43,715 nt of DNA, taken from NCBI GenBank assembly GCA_964576905.1, contig CAZNWG010000004.1, positions 1 through 43,715 of the forward strand, written 5' to 3'. This DNA is from an uncultured Candidatus Saccharibacteria bacterium. Lineage in GTDB: Bacteria; Patescibacteriota; Minisyncoccia; Phycocordibacterales; UBA918. The position numbers were made by a program, and so were the translations under genes. The notes under the pieces were generated by a model. It was not told the origin of the DNA. It searched no databases and worked only from the letters and a program-made list of their open reading frames with translations. Of this stretch, positions 34,107 through 42,629 are shown piece by piece (position 1 is the first letter of the stretch; the number at the start of each line of letters is the position of its first letter).

Positions 34107-34853
34107 ATGGCATTAAGAAAAAAAAGCAACACAACAGTAAATAAGTTTGATATTAAGACGGATGTACGCAATATGCACTGTCGCATCATGACAGACCTCT
34201 TTGAGACTGACAGTGCAGTGCAGTCATGGCGTATTTTTCGAATCATGTCAGAGTTTGTGAATGGATTTGATATCCTGCGAAAGTACAGCACCGCAGCAAC
34301 CTTTTTTGGAAGCGCGCGCATCAAGCCAACAGAACCAGCATACAAAGATGCTGAAGCACTCGCAGCAAAACTTGCAAAGAAAGGCTTTGCGATTATCACG
34401 GGAGGTGGCCCCGGTATCATGGAAGCTGCAAATGTCGGTGCATTCAAAGTGGGTGGGAAGTCTGTGGGACTCAACATTCAACTCCCCATGGAACAGAAAC
34501 TGAACCCCTACGTCACCGAATCAGAAAGTTTTCACTTCTTCTTCTCGCGCAAGGTGATGCTCTCTTTTGCTTCAGAAGTCTACGTCTATTTTCCCGGTGG
34601 CTTTGGCACACTCGATGAACTTACTGAAATCATCACCCTCATTCAGACGAATAAGATATCAAAGATACCGGTTGTCCTGTACGGTAAAAAGTTCTGGGAT
34701 CCATTCATGCACATTTTTGAAACTACTATGCTCAAAGAATACAAAACTATTAGTAAAGAGGACTTTGAACTTTTCCATGTTGTTGATTCAGTTGATGAAG
34801 CATACGACTACATCATTGCGCACGTTGATCCAAAAACACCACGACAGGTTTAA
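34107..34853 (+). CDS. LOG-family (TIGR00730-type) Rossmann-fold nucleotide-binding protein
   Basis: It contains ITGGGPGIMEAAN and FPGGFGTLDELTE. Confidence 0.88.
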   Translation: MALRKKSNTTVNKFDIKTDVRNMHCRIMTDLFETDSAVQSWRIFRIMSEFVNGFDILRKYSTAATFFGSARIKPTEPAYKDAEALAAKLAKKGFAIITGGGPGIMEAANVGAFKVGGKSVGLNIQLPMEQKLNPYVTESESFHFFFSRKVMLSFASEVYVYFPGGFGTLDELTEIITLIQTNKISKIPVVLYGKKFWDPFMHIFETTMLKEYKTISKEDFELFHVVDSVDEAYDYIIAHVDPKTPRQV

Positions 34854-34871
34854 GCAACTAATCACACCGAT

Positions 34872-36131
34872 ATGCAGTCCACATTTCACAATAGTACGTT
34901 TCCGAAAGATTTGGTAAAAGAGGTCACAAAGAAAGCACGCATCTACACAGGGAAAATTGAAAAAGTCCAGAAAAGTAAAGTTTTCGAGCGCTCCGAGTCG
35001 TCTCTTTTCATTGCGGGTGATACCGCGTACCAGCGTGACATAAAGAAGAAACTCTCACGGTTTAATCGTACGAAACACGTCATACTCGTTGCTATCGGTG
35101 GCTCGATGCAGGGAGCGCAAGCGGTGTACGATGCGTGCAGTCACAAAGATATACCGCGGTTCAGTATCGTAGACAGTATTGAGGAGAAGTACGTTGAGGA
35201 TATGGACCGTGTCATAAAAGCTACCGACGACGCTCGGGACATTGTGCTCGTGGTGGCAAGTAAGTCGGGTACCACCACTGAGACCATGTTCAACGCGCTT
35301 CACATCATCAATCTCTGGGAGAAGAAATTCGGGGAAGCATTCCTGAAGCAGGTGATTTTCATTGGGAATGAGGGGACGTCTTTTTTGGAAGTGGGTGAAA
35401 AAAAGGGCATTCTCTGTTTTACACTCCCGCACGCGATTGGTGGGCGCTTTTCGGTATTCACCGCAGTCGGCATTGTGCCACTCACACTGCTCGGCATCAA
35501 TATTCCGTTACTCCTCAAGGGTGCCATAAGTGCCACCACAAAAAAAGCCCTCGGAGATATTGAGACGAGCGCGGTGACGCTCGCACTCCACGCATACTCC
35601 GGAGCGCACACGGTCAATTTCTTTTCATTCAATAGGCGCTTGCGCTCTTGTGGACTTTGGTACCGCCAGCTCGTTGCAGAGAGTATTGGGAAAAATACCA
35701 CAAAGGGCGAGACCCCCTTTACCCACCAGTTACTACCTATTGTTTCAACCAGTGCCGATTTGCACTCGAGCGCAGAACTGTACCTCGGTGGTTATGCGGG
35801 TATCTACACGCACTTTGTGTACTACAGCGAACACGCCACTACGCGGATGCCTCAGAACCATTGGATGCTCGAGCACATGCCCATATTGAAGAGCAAAAAA
35901 GCGACAGTGGTGAAGGATATTATTACGGAAGGGGTGCTCCATGCGTACAACGACCAGATGCTCCCCTATCGATATACAAAAATGGAGAAATGCACGGAGT
36001 TTGAGGTTGGTTTCCTGCTCGCGTCGCTCATGGCTGAGGTGATGTACCTCGGCTACCTGTTCAACATTGATGCGTTTGATCAGCCGAGTGTTGAATTTTA
36101 TAAAAAGTACGTTCGCGCAGAATTAAACTAA
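34872..36131 (+). CDS. pgi: Glucose-6-phosphate isomerase (SIS-domain PGI)
   Basis: It contains VASKSGTTTET, GGRFSVFTAVG and AFDQPSVE. Confidence 0.85.
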   Translation: MQSTFHNSTFPKDLVKEVTKKARIYTGKIEKVQKSKVFERSESSLFIAGDTAYQRDIKKKLSRFNRTKHVILVAIGGSMQGAQAVYDACSHKDIPRFSIVDSIEEKYVEDMDRVIKATDDARDIVLVVASKSGTTTETMFNALHIINLWEKKFGEAFLKQVIFIGNEGTSFLEVGEKKGILCFTLPHAIGGRFSVFTAVGIVPLTLLGINIPLLLKGAISATTKKALGDIETSAVTLALHAYSGAHTVNFFSFNRRLRSCGLWYRQLVAESIGKNTTKGETPFTHQLLPIVSTSADLHSSAELYLGGYAGIYTHFVYYSEHATTRMPQNHWMLEHMPILKSKKATVVKDIITEGVLHAYNDQMLPYRYTKMEKCTEFEVGFLLASLMAEVMYLGYLFNIDAFDQPSVEFYKKYVRAELN

Positions 36132-36137
36132 AATTAC

Positions 36138-36986
36138 ATGTTCATTCTTTTTGATATCGGTGGAACAAAGACGCGCATTGCCACTACCCATGATCTTTCC
36201 ACTATTGCACAAGTCGAAAAATTTGATACCCCCCGTACCTACGCAGACGGGATGGCGTTGATTATTGCAACCATAGAGCGACTGCGGGGAAGTGATCGTG
36301 TGGAGGCACTCGCGGGTGGAATACGTGGACCTCTCAATCATGAAAAAACAGGCATCGTAAGTGAAAAAGTATTAGTTGATTGGGTAGGGCGCTCCATAGC
36401 AGGCGATCTGAGTGCTCGTTTCAATGCACCAACATTTCTTGAAAATGACACAGCGATTGTTGGTTTGGGTGAAGTCTGTTTTGGTGCAGGGAAGGGAGCT
36501 GATATTGTTGCGTACCACACGGTGAGTACAGGCGTCGGCGGAGCTCGATATGTACACGGGAAACTCGATGTGGTGAGTGTGGGATTTGAACCAGGTCACC
36601 AGATACTTGATGTCGACCGCACCGTGCTTGGTCATTCAATTTCTCCAACACTCGAAAATATGGTATCGGGAAGTGCCCTTGAGCGACGGAGAGGTATGAA
36701 ACCATATGAGATTGCACAAGAGGACCACATTTGGGATGAGCTTGCGGGATACCTTGCGTATGGACTCAAAAACACCATCGTATACTGGTCGCCGAATGTC
36801 ATTGTGCTCGGTGGTTCAATGATTGTAGGCAATCCGAGAATTCTTCTCACAGACATCGTACGCCACACAGAAGAGGTTCTGGATGGATTTGTCCCATGCC
36901 CACTCATTGTCGACGCAACACTAAAAGACGAGGGAGGACTCTATGGTGCAATGGCACTCATAAAGCAAAGACTAAACAATAAATAG
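36138..36986 (+). CDS. ROK-family sugar kinase (glucokinase-like)
   Basis: It contains MFILFDIGGTKTRIA, ENDTAIVGLGE and TVSTGVGG. It lies adjacent to pgi. Confidence 0.75.
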   Translation: MFILFDIGGTKTRIATTHDLSTIAQVEKFDTPRTYADGMALIIATIERLRGSDRVEALAGGIRGPLNHEKTGIVSEKVLVDWVGRSIAGDLSARFNAPTFLENDTAIVGLGEVCFGAGKGADIVAYHTVSTGVGGARYVHGKLDVVSVGFEPGHQILDVDRTVLGHSISPTLENMVSGSALERRRGMKPYEIAQEDHIWDELAGYLAYGLKNTIVYWSPNVIVLGGSMIVGNPRILLTDIVRHTEEVLDGFVPCPLIVDATLKDEGGLYGAMALIKQRLNNK

Positions 36987-37187
36987 TGGTATGTGTCAAG
37001 TAAAAATGTTAATTCCGTGGCTCAAACAGTAGATGTCGTAATTTTTGACATAAATTATATTTGATTGCATAGTTTGCTTTTGAAGCTCAGAATGGTATAA
37101 TCATTTGTGAACGGCTTCGGCTGTTTTTTGTTTGAAGAGAGGTGTCCCGCGTGCGACGCACAGGTACACATTTACTCACAAACAAAT

Positions 37188-37366
37188 TTGTATGAAGGAA
37201 TTTATACAAAGAGCGCTCGCTCGGTTATGTGAGAAATAACTAACGTTCTTTCTCCCACAACCCTCGCTCGCTCCATTGTATGAAGGAATTTATACAAAGA
37301 GCGCTCGCTCGGTTATGTGAGAAATAACTAACGTTCTTTCTCCCACAACCCTCGCTCGCTCCATTG
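37188..37366. repeat. Perfect tandem duplication of an 88-bp unit (2 copies plus a 3-bp ttg overlap)
   Basis: 37191-37278 equals 37279-37366. A ttg is present at each junction (37188, 37276, 37364). Confidence 0.95.
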
Positions 37367-37578
37367 TTGGATAAGACCCTTGGCTTATATTATCGAGTTT
37401 ACTTACAGCAATATTCGCTGTATCGAACGTAGGTGCGGTACCGGTAACGGACATCGCATATGGGCACATTGCAACAAAAGAGCAACATATCACTGAAGAA
37501 AAAGTCGTTGTTGAAAAGAAAATACAAGGAATTGATACTGAGGCTACGGTTCGTTCCTACTTCAGTGATATACCAGTT

Positions 37579-37842
37579 ATGATTCAAATCGCGCGCTGTG
37601 AATCACAATTTCGACATACGCTCGCAGACGGGACAGTCTTGCACGGTTCAGTAGATCCGGCTGACACGGGGGTTATGCAAATCAATACGCGTTTCCACAG
37701 TGAGAAAGCCAGAGAACTTGGGCTGAACTTGAAAGACTTCCACGACAATATGGCGTATGCTCGTAATCTCTATGAACGGCAAGGTACACGACCATGGACA
37801 GCTTCAGCTGCATGTTGGTCAAATACCATCGCAATGCGTTAA
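37579..37842 (+). CDS. Lytic transglycosylase (SLT/lysozyme-like) domain protein; 5' end unresolved
   Basis: It contains IARCESQFRH, DTGVMQINTRFH and NMAYARNLY. The in-frame upstream 68 codons (37375-37578) encode a TM-like segment but contain no ATG, GTG or TTG. Confidence 0.65.
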   Translation: MIQIARCESQFRHTLADGTVLHGSVDPADTGVMQINTRFHSEKARELGLNLKDFHDNMAYARNLYERQGTRPWTASAACWSNTIAMR

Positions 37843-37847
37843 TACAA

Positions 37848-37872
37848 AAAACTCCTTTCGGGGAGTTTTTTG
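37848..37872 (+). terminator. Intrinsic terminator
   Basis: The sequence is aaaactcc-tttcgg-ggagtttttt. Confidence 0.75.
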
Positions 37873-37987
37873 CTGTATACAAAAGCACATAAAGAAACGT
37901 ATAATAGATTGAGATAGGATTGTGGAGCATTAGTCGCCACACCAAGTGGAAGTACGATGAATCAAATATAAATATACTAGTAAACAC

Positions 37988-38227
37988 ATGAAAGCAATTA
38001 TAGGAAAGCAGTATCGACACTATAAGGGGAAGATATATACTGTGCTTGCAATAGCGCGGAGTGAATCCGACTCCAGCGCTGAGCTCGTTATCTATCGCGC
38101 AGAGTATGATTCTCCCGATTATGGTAATCAGTGTGTGTGGGCGAGGGAGCGAAATAATTGGGAAGGTAAAGTCATTGTTGACGACGTAGAACACGATAGG
38201 TTTACAGTGCTCAGTAGTGATACATGA
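37988..38227 (+). CDS. DUF1653-family small protein
   Basis: YRHYKGKIYTVLAIARSESDSSAELVIYRA is the typical DUF1653 core. Confidence 0.7.
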   Translation: MKAIIGKQYRHYKGKIYTVLAIARSESDSSAELVIYRAEYDSPDYGNQCVWARERNNWEGKVIVDDVEHDRFTVLSSDT

Positions 38228-38230
38228 TTC

Positions 38231-38995
38231 ATGAAAATTGGTTTTTTTGATTCAGGTCTCGGAGGGCTTACCATACTCCACGCAGTGCGAGCGCTCATGC
38301 CACACTACGATTATATTTTTTTTGGTGATACTGCCAATCTGCCCTATGGTGACAAATCTGAAGAGGAGATACATCAGCTTACCTATGAGGGTATAAAACG
38401 ACTTTTTGATGCAGGTGCAGTCCTGGTGATTGTTGCGTGTAATACTGCATCTGCTCGTTCAGTGCGCGTACACCAAGATGAAATGCTCAAGACTGAATAC
38501 CCCGATAGAAAATTACTTGGGGTTATTGTACCAACCGTTGAAACCCTCCTTGAAACAGATGCAAAAAAAGTACTCCTCATTGGAACTGAGCGAACAATCA
38601 AATCAGAAAAGTATGTCATTGAGCTTCGCAAGGGTTCGGAGGGAATGCACCTGTACACGTGCGCGACTCCCGCACTCGTGCCCATGATAGAGGCGGGTGA
38701 TATATCGCGCGCGTGCACATACGTATGCGAGCTCATTGACACGCGGTACTCAGACGTGGACACCGTCGTCCTCGGGTGCACACACTATACGCTCATCAAG
38801 GACTGTCTGAGAGCAGAACATGTAAAAAACATCATCTCACAGGATGAAATAATTCCTGCAAAACTAAAAAACTATTTATCACGACATCCCGAAATTGAAT
38901 CTCGACTATCACGCAAGGGAAGTGTAGGGGTCGAGCTCAGCGCTGATACGGACGAGTATGAAAGAATCCGAAAAATGCTTGGGGTTGATGTGTAG
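38231..38995 (+). CDS. murI: Glutamate racemase
   Basis: It contains IGFFDSGLGGLT, VIVACNTAS and VVLGCTHY. Confidence 0.92.
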   Translation: MKIGFFDSGLGGLTILHAVRALMPHYDYIFFGDTANLPYGDKSEEEIHQLTYEGIKRLFDAGAVLVIVACNTASARSVRVHQDEMLKTEYPDRKLLGVIVPTVETLLETDAKKVLLIGTERTIKSEKYVIELRKGSEGMHLYTCATPALVPMIEAGDISRACTYVCELIDTRYSDVDTVVLGCTHYTLIKDCLRAEHVKNIISQDEIIPAKLKNYLSRHPEIESRLSRKGSVGVELSADTDEYERIRKMLGVDV

Positions 38996-39363
38996 AGAAA
39001 ATCGTGCATCCCACTGAAAGGCCGAACGTAGATCATCAGACTCTGTGCAGTGTAGGAGTGTGAAAACCCTCGGTCAGATAACTGCGGTGTTAGTTGTGAG
39101 GGAATAGAGCCATATTCAAATATACTAAGTGTCGCACAATATATCTTTTACGACGTATAGTATATATACATCATGTTATACCTACACAGAGGCCTGCAAC
39201 GCGTTGTGTTGTTTTTAGTGTCTGAGTATGTATTCCATCATCTCAATAGTGATGTTCAATCTCTTACTATAAAGTGCCCTCTTCCCCTGTGTGGTAGAAA
39301 ATATGATGACACGAGATACGTGTCCTCAGTAATAATTCGTTCCAAAAATTTGTGAGAAAAAAT

Positions 39364-39843
39364 TTAAAAGGTGTTGGTCGAATACTGCGTGCCGTCCCAT
39401 ACCATGGTTGAGTCGATGTCACCATTGATGCGTAGATCATGCATACCCATGGTGACGCTTTCGAGTATCTCAATTTCCCTAACAGCAAATGCAAATGGTA
39501 CCGGCTCAAGCAGACCGTCCAGAGTGCGTACAAAGAGTGTTGTGATACATCCTCCGCCACCACAGGTGGCTGTGGACTCTACACGAGCAATGATGTCAAG
39601 GTTGTCGTCAGTATTGAGATGCGCGGGTGTGATGATAAGTACCGCGTCTTCGGGCACTATGGACCCACCAGTCAGTACGTGTTCGTTGTAATATGCTCGG
39701 ACCACATTGTGAATCGTTTCTTTACTCATCCCACTCAATGTGAGCGACGCTCCTTGCGTATACGTTTTGATACCAGAAACAACCATCTGTCCCAGTACAT
39801 AAACGATGCCAATGAGTATCAGTGTGAGGAGTAAACGCTTCAT
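39364..39843 (-). CDS. Membrane-anchored or secreted hypothetical protein
   Basis: It begins MKRLLLTLILIGIVYVLGQMVV. The track ORF is trimmed to the ATG at 39843. Confidence 0.5.
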   Translation of the reverse strand: MKRLLLTLILIGIVYVLGQMVVSGIKTYTQGASLTLSGMSKETIHNVVRAYYNEHVLTGGSIVPEDAVLIITPAHLNTDDNLDIIARVESTATCGGGGCITTLFVRTLDGLLEPVPFAFAVREIEILESVTMGMHDLRINGDIDSTMVWDGTQYSTNTF

Positions 39844-39914
39844 ATATATAATGAAAGCATAGTTACCAATAACGCACAATCGACACACGCAGAAAACTTG
39901 ACAAGTGTGTAAAA

Positions 39915-41225
39915 CTATTGTGGGAGGTATACCATAGGGTCTATGTACGCATCAGATGCCGCAATTGGTGTAGTTGCCGCTCCACAGCTCGTGACCGCTT
40001 TTACTTCGTTAAATCTTCGTACAGAAACTCCTGCCTTAGCGTACACGGTAAAGTGAAGGTGTGGGCCAGTTGAGTATCCGGTATTTCCTGAGTATCCAAT
40101 CACTTCCCCGGTGGCCACCTGCTGACCTGGTACGACACTGATGACGCTCTGGTGTGCGTACAGTGTCGAGAGTCCATTCGCATGGTCTATGAGTGTCCAC
40201 TTACCCCATGAGTAACATCCGGGCACGGCATCGGTGTTGCCGGTTGCGCGTACCGTACCAGCAAGCGGTGCCATGATTTTTGAGCCGGTAGGAACACCGA
40301 AGTCAACTCCGGGGTGATACGCACGCCCACCGTATACCGATGCATTTTGCTTTGCAAACTCAGTACCGCCAAAGAGCTGTGTGATGATCACATTTGACAC
40401 CGGCCAATTGAATACCTGTGTGCCACGAGGAGGAACTGTATTTGGATCGAGGATGAATTGGAGCTTTGATTCAAAATCACGCATCTCTTTGAGGACCGTT
40501 TCATACTCGGCTTTTTTCTGTTTGAGTAACTTCTGATACTCGGCCTCTTCATTTTTTGTTGCAGTGAGTAACTTTGATTTTTCTGCCTTGTTTTCTACGA
40601 GTACCTCATTTTGATCTGAGTATTCCTCTTGTAGGTTCAACAAATCTGAACGCTTTTGAGTATGCATATCATACTTTGTATCCAAAATTTCCTTTTCAGC
40701 ACCCAATTCGCCCAACTTATCTTGAATGACCGCGTGAAGTTCCTCAAGCTCATCAACTTGTTCCCAAAACTCGGATACATTGCTGTGTTGTAACAAAATT
40801 TCAACAAATGAGTTGTCGTCAGTGCGATGGAGTTCTTGGAGTGTTTCTCGAATAGCATTTTTATTGAGCTCAATACTCGTTTCGGTGCCCCCTATTTCTA
40901 TGTTCAGTTTACTTATCTCGAGGTCTGTTGCACCAATCTTACTTTCAGTGTAGCGAATATCAGCTTGTACTTTTTTTCGTTCGATTTCAAGTTGTGCAAC
41001 AGCACTTTGGAGTGTCTTCTTTTCCCCACCGACTTTTTTCAGTTCGGTTTGATAATTTGCTATCTCTTCTTCAATTTCCTTTAGACGAGAATTTCGTTCA
41101 CTGATTTGGCCTTGGAGTATCTCAACCTGCGTTTCAGCAAAAAGTGGTTGCACACCAAGCACACATAACAGACACAACACGAGCGCACGAAAAAATGAAT
41201 AACGGATACTAAAATTCTGTTTCAT
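39915..41225 (-). CDS. M23-family peptidoglycan endopeptidase with an N-terminal coiled coil (EnvC-like)
   Basis: There is a signal peptide and a long coiled coil. The M23 motifs are YHPGVDFG and LYAHQS...GNTGYSTGPHLHF. Confidence 0.88.
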   Translation of the reverse strand: MKQNFSIRYSFFRALVLCLLCVLGVQPLFAETQVEILQGQISERNSRLKEIEEEIANYQTELKKVGGEKKTLQSAVAQLEIERKKVQADIRYTESKIGATDLEISKLNIEIGGTETSIELNKNAIRETLQELHRTDDNSFVEILLQHSNVSEFWEQVDELEELHAVIQDKLGELGAEKEILDTKYDMHTQKRSDLLNLQEEYSDQNEVLVENKAEKSKLLTATKNEEAEYQKLLKQKKAEYETVLKEMRDFESKLQFILDPNTVPPRGTQVFNWPVSNVIITQLFGGTEFAKQNASVYGGRAYHPGVDFGVPTGSKIMAPLAGTVRATGNTDAVPGCYSWGKWTLIDHANGLSTLYAHQSVISVVPGQQVATGEVIGYSGNTGYSTGPHLHFTVYAKAGVSVRRFNEVKAVTSCGAATTPIAASDAYIDPMVYLPQ

Positions 41226-41255
41226 AGATACAACCAACTATCACAGTATAGATGA

Positions 41256-42620
41256 CTATGCTGTCCGTATAATTGTATCACATGCAGTATTGATGCGTTT
41301 GTATGCCTCTGCAGAACCGAGAATGTGAATAACGGAGAACGGGTCAGGAGAGCGCTCACGCCCCGTAAGTGCAACGCGGAGTGGCCAGAGTACTTCACCC
41401 TTCCCCACTTCTACAGCGTAGTCCCAAATGTAACTCTTTGCTTCTTCCGCAGAAAGTTCCTCAGGCATCTGAGCAATTTTCTCAGCAAGCTTTTGTAGAC
41501 GAGAGAGGGTTTCTTTCACACTTGTATCATGCTTCCACTTGATGAGTGCAGGGTCATGTATTGGCGAAGAAAACGCAAAATCATACTCTCCTGCTTCAAA
41601 ATCACGAGTGACATCAGTGCGCGTAGACACTCGTTCACGAATAAGCGGTAGTATTTTTGTAAATCGCGCTTCAGTAAATTGAGGAAGACGGGTAATACGT
41701 TCGCTGATACAGGGCTCAATGTACTTCAAGAATGCTTCATCGGTATATGTTCCAAGGTATAGTTTGTTGAACCAACCGAGTTTGTCTATGTTGAACACTG
41801 CACCACTCTTTTGAATTCCAGAAATATCGAATGCGGTGACAAGTTCTCCGAGGGAAAATTGTTCTTTGTCTGTTCCGGGATTCCATCCGAGAAGCGCAAG
41901 GTAATTGAGTATCGCTTCTTTGAGAAACCCTTGTCGCTCATATTCTTCGAGCATCACTGCACCATGTCGTTTTGAGAGTTTTGAACGGTCGGTTGCAAGA
42001 ATCAGTGGTAAGTGTACGTATATAGGGCGTTTTGCTCCAATGGCCTCTTGAATGAGTATTTGTCGTGGCGTGTTAGAAATATGATCCTCACCACGTATTA
42101 CATGAGTAATACCCATTTCATAGTCATCAACAACGACCGTAAAGTGATACAGAGCGTCATCAATAGAACGCGCGATGACAAAATCACCGAGTTCAGTCGT
42201 ATCAAATGATATTTCACCACGTACCTCATCATGGAACGTGATTGTTGTATTTGGGTTTTTGAGACGTACTACATCTACAAATTCACCGGGACGCTGTTTG
42301 CTCTCCTCGTGGCTCACGTAGGCGTTTCCACTTTTGATTGTTTTTTCGAGATACGATCTATAGATATCGGTACGATCTGATTGGCGGTAGAACGCATCGA
42401 ATTCCATCCCGAGACGTTTAATACCAGACACAATTTCATCTTCATACTCTTTTTTGCTCCGCTCTTTGTCGGTATCTTCGATACGAAAAATGAATGTACC
42501 TTTATGATGTTTTGCGTATAAATAATTAAAAAGCGCAGTGCGCACGGTACCTATATGAAGGTGCCCCGTTGGGCTCGGCGCAATACGCGTTACAACCTTC
42601 TCATTGTGAAATAGTGACAT
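41256..42620 (-). CDS. gltX: Glutamate--tRNA ligase
   Basis: It contains RIAPSPTGHLHIGTVRTALFNY (HIGH) and KLSKRHG (KMSKS). Confidence 0.93.
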   Translation of the reverse strand: MSLFHNEKVVTRIAPSPTGHLHIGTVRTALFNYLYAKHHKGTFIFRIEDTDKERSKKEYEDEIVSGIKRLGMEFDAFYRQSDRTDIYRSYLEKTIKSGNAYVSHEESKQRPGEFVDVVRLKNPNTTITFHDEVRGEISFDTTELGDFVIARSIDDALYHFTVVVDDYEMGITHVIRGEDHISNTPRQILIQEAIGAKRPIYVHLPLILATDRSKLSKRHGAVMLEEYERQGFLKEAILNYLALLGWNPGTDKEQFSLGELVTAFDISGIQKSGAVFNIDKLGWFNKLYLGTYTDEAFLKYIEPCISERITRLPQFTEARFTKILPLIRERVSTRTDVTRDFEAGEYDFAFSSPIHDPALIKWKHDTSVKETLSRLQKLAEKIAQMPEELSAEEAKSYIWDYAVEVGKGEVLWPLRVALTGRERSPDPFSVIHILGSAEAYKRINTACDTIIRTA

Positions 42621-42629
42621 ACAGGAAAA

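Noticed and set aside
37188-37366. CRISPR array or minisatellite (also considered for 835-917).
   Set aside because: There are only two abutting copies (or about 2.7 for 835-917) with no spacers. The repeat lengths and structure are not CRISPR-like, and there are no cas genes.
39173-39355. A 60-aa ORF in the long convergent gap.
   Set aside because: It has no SD or leaderless promoter context, its composition is odd, and it overlaps the 3' end region of the opposing gene.
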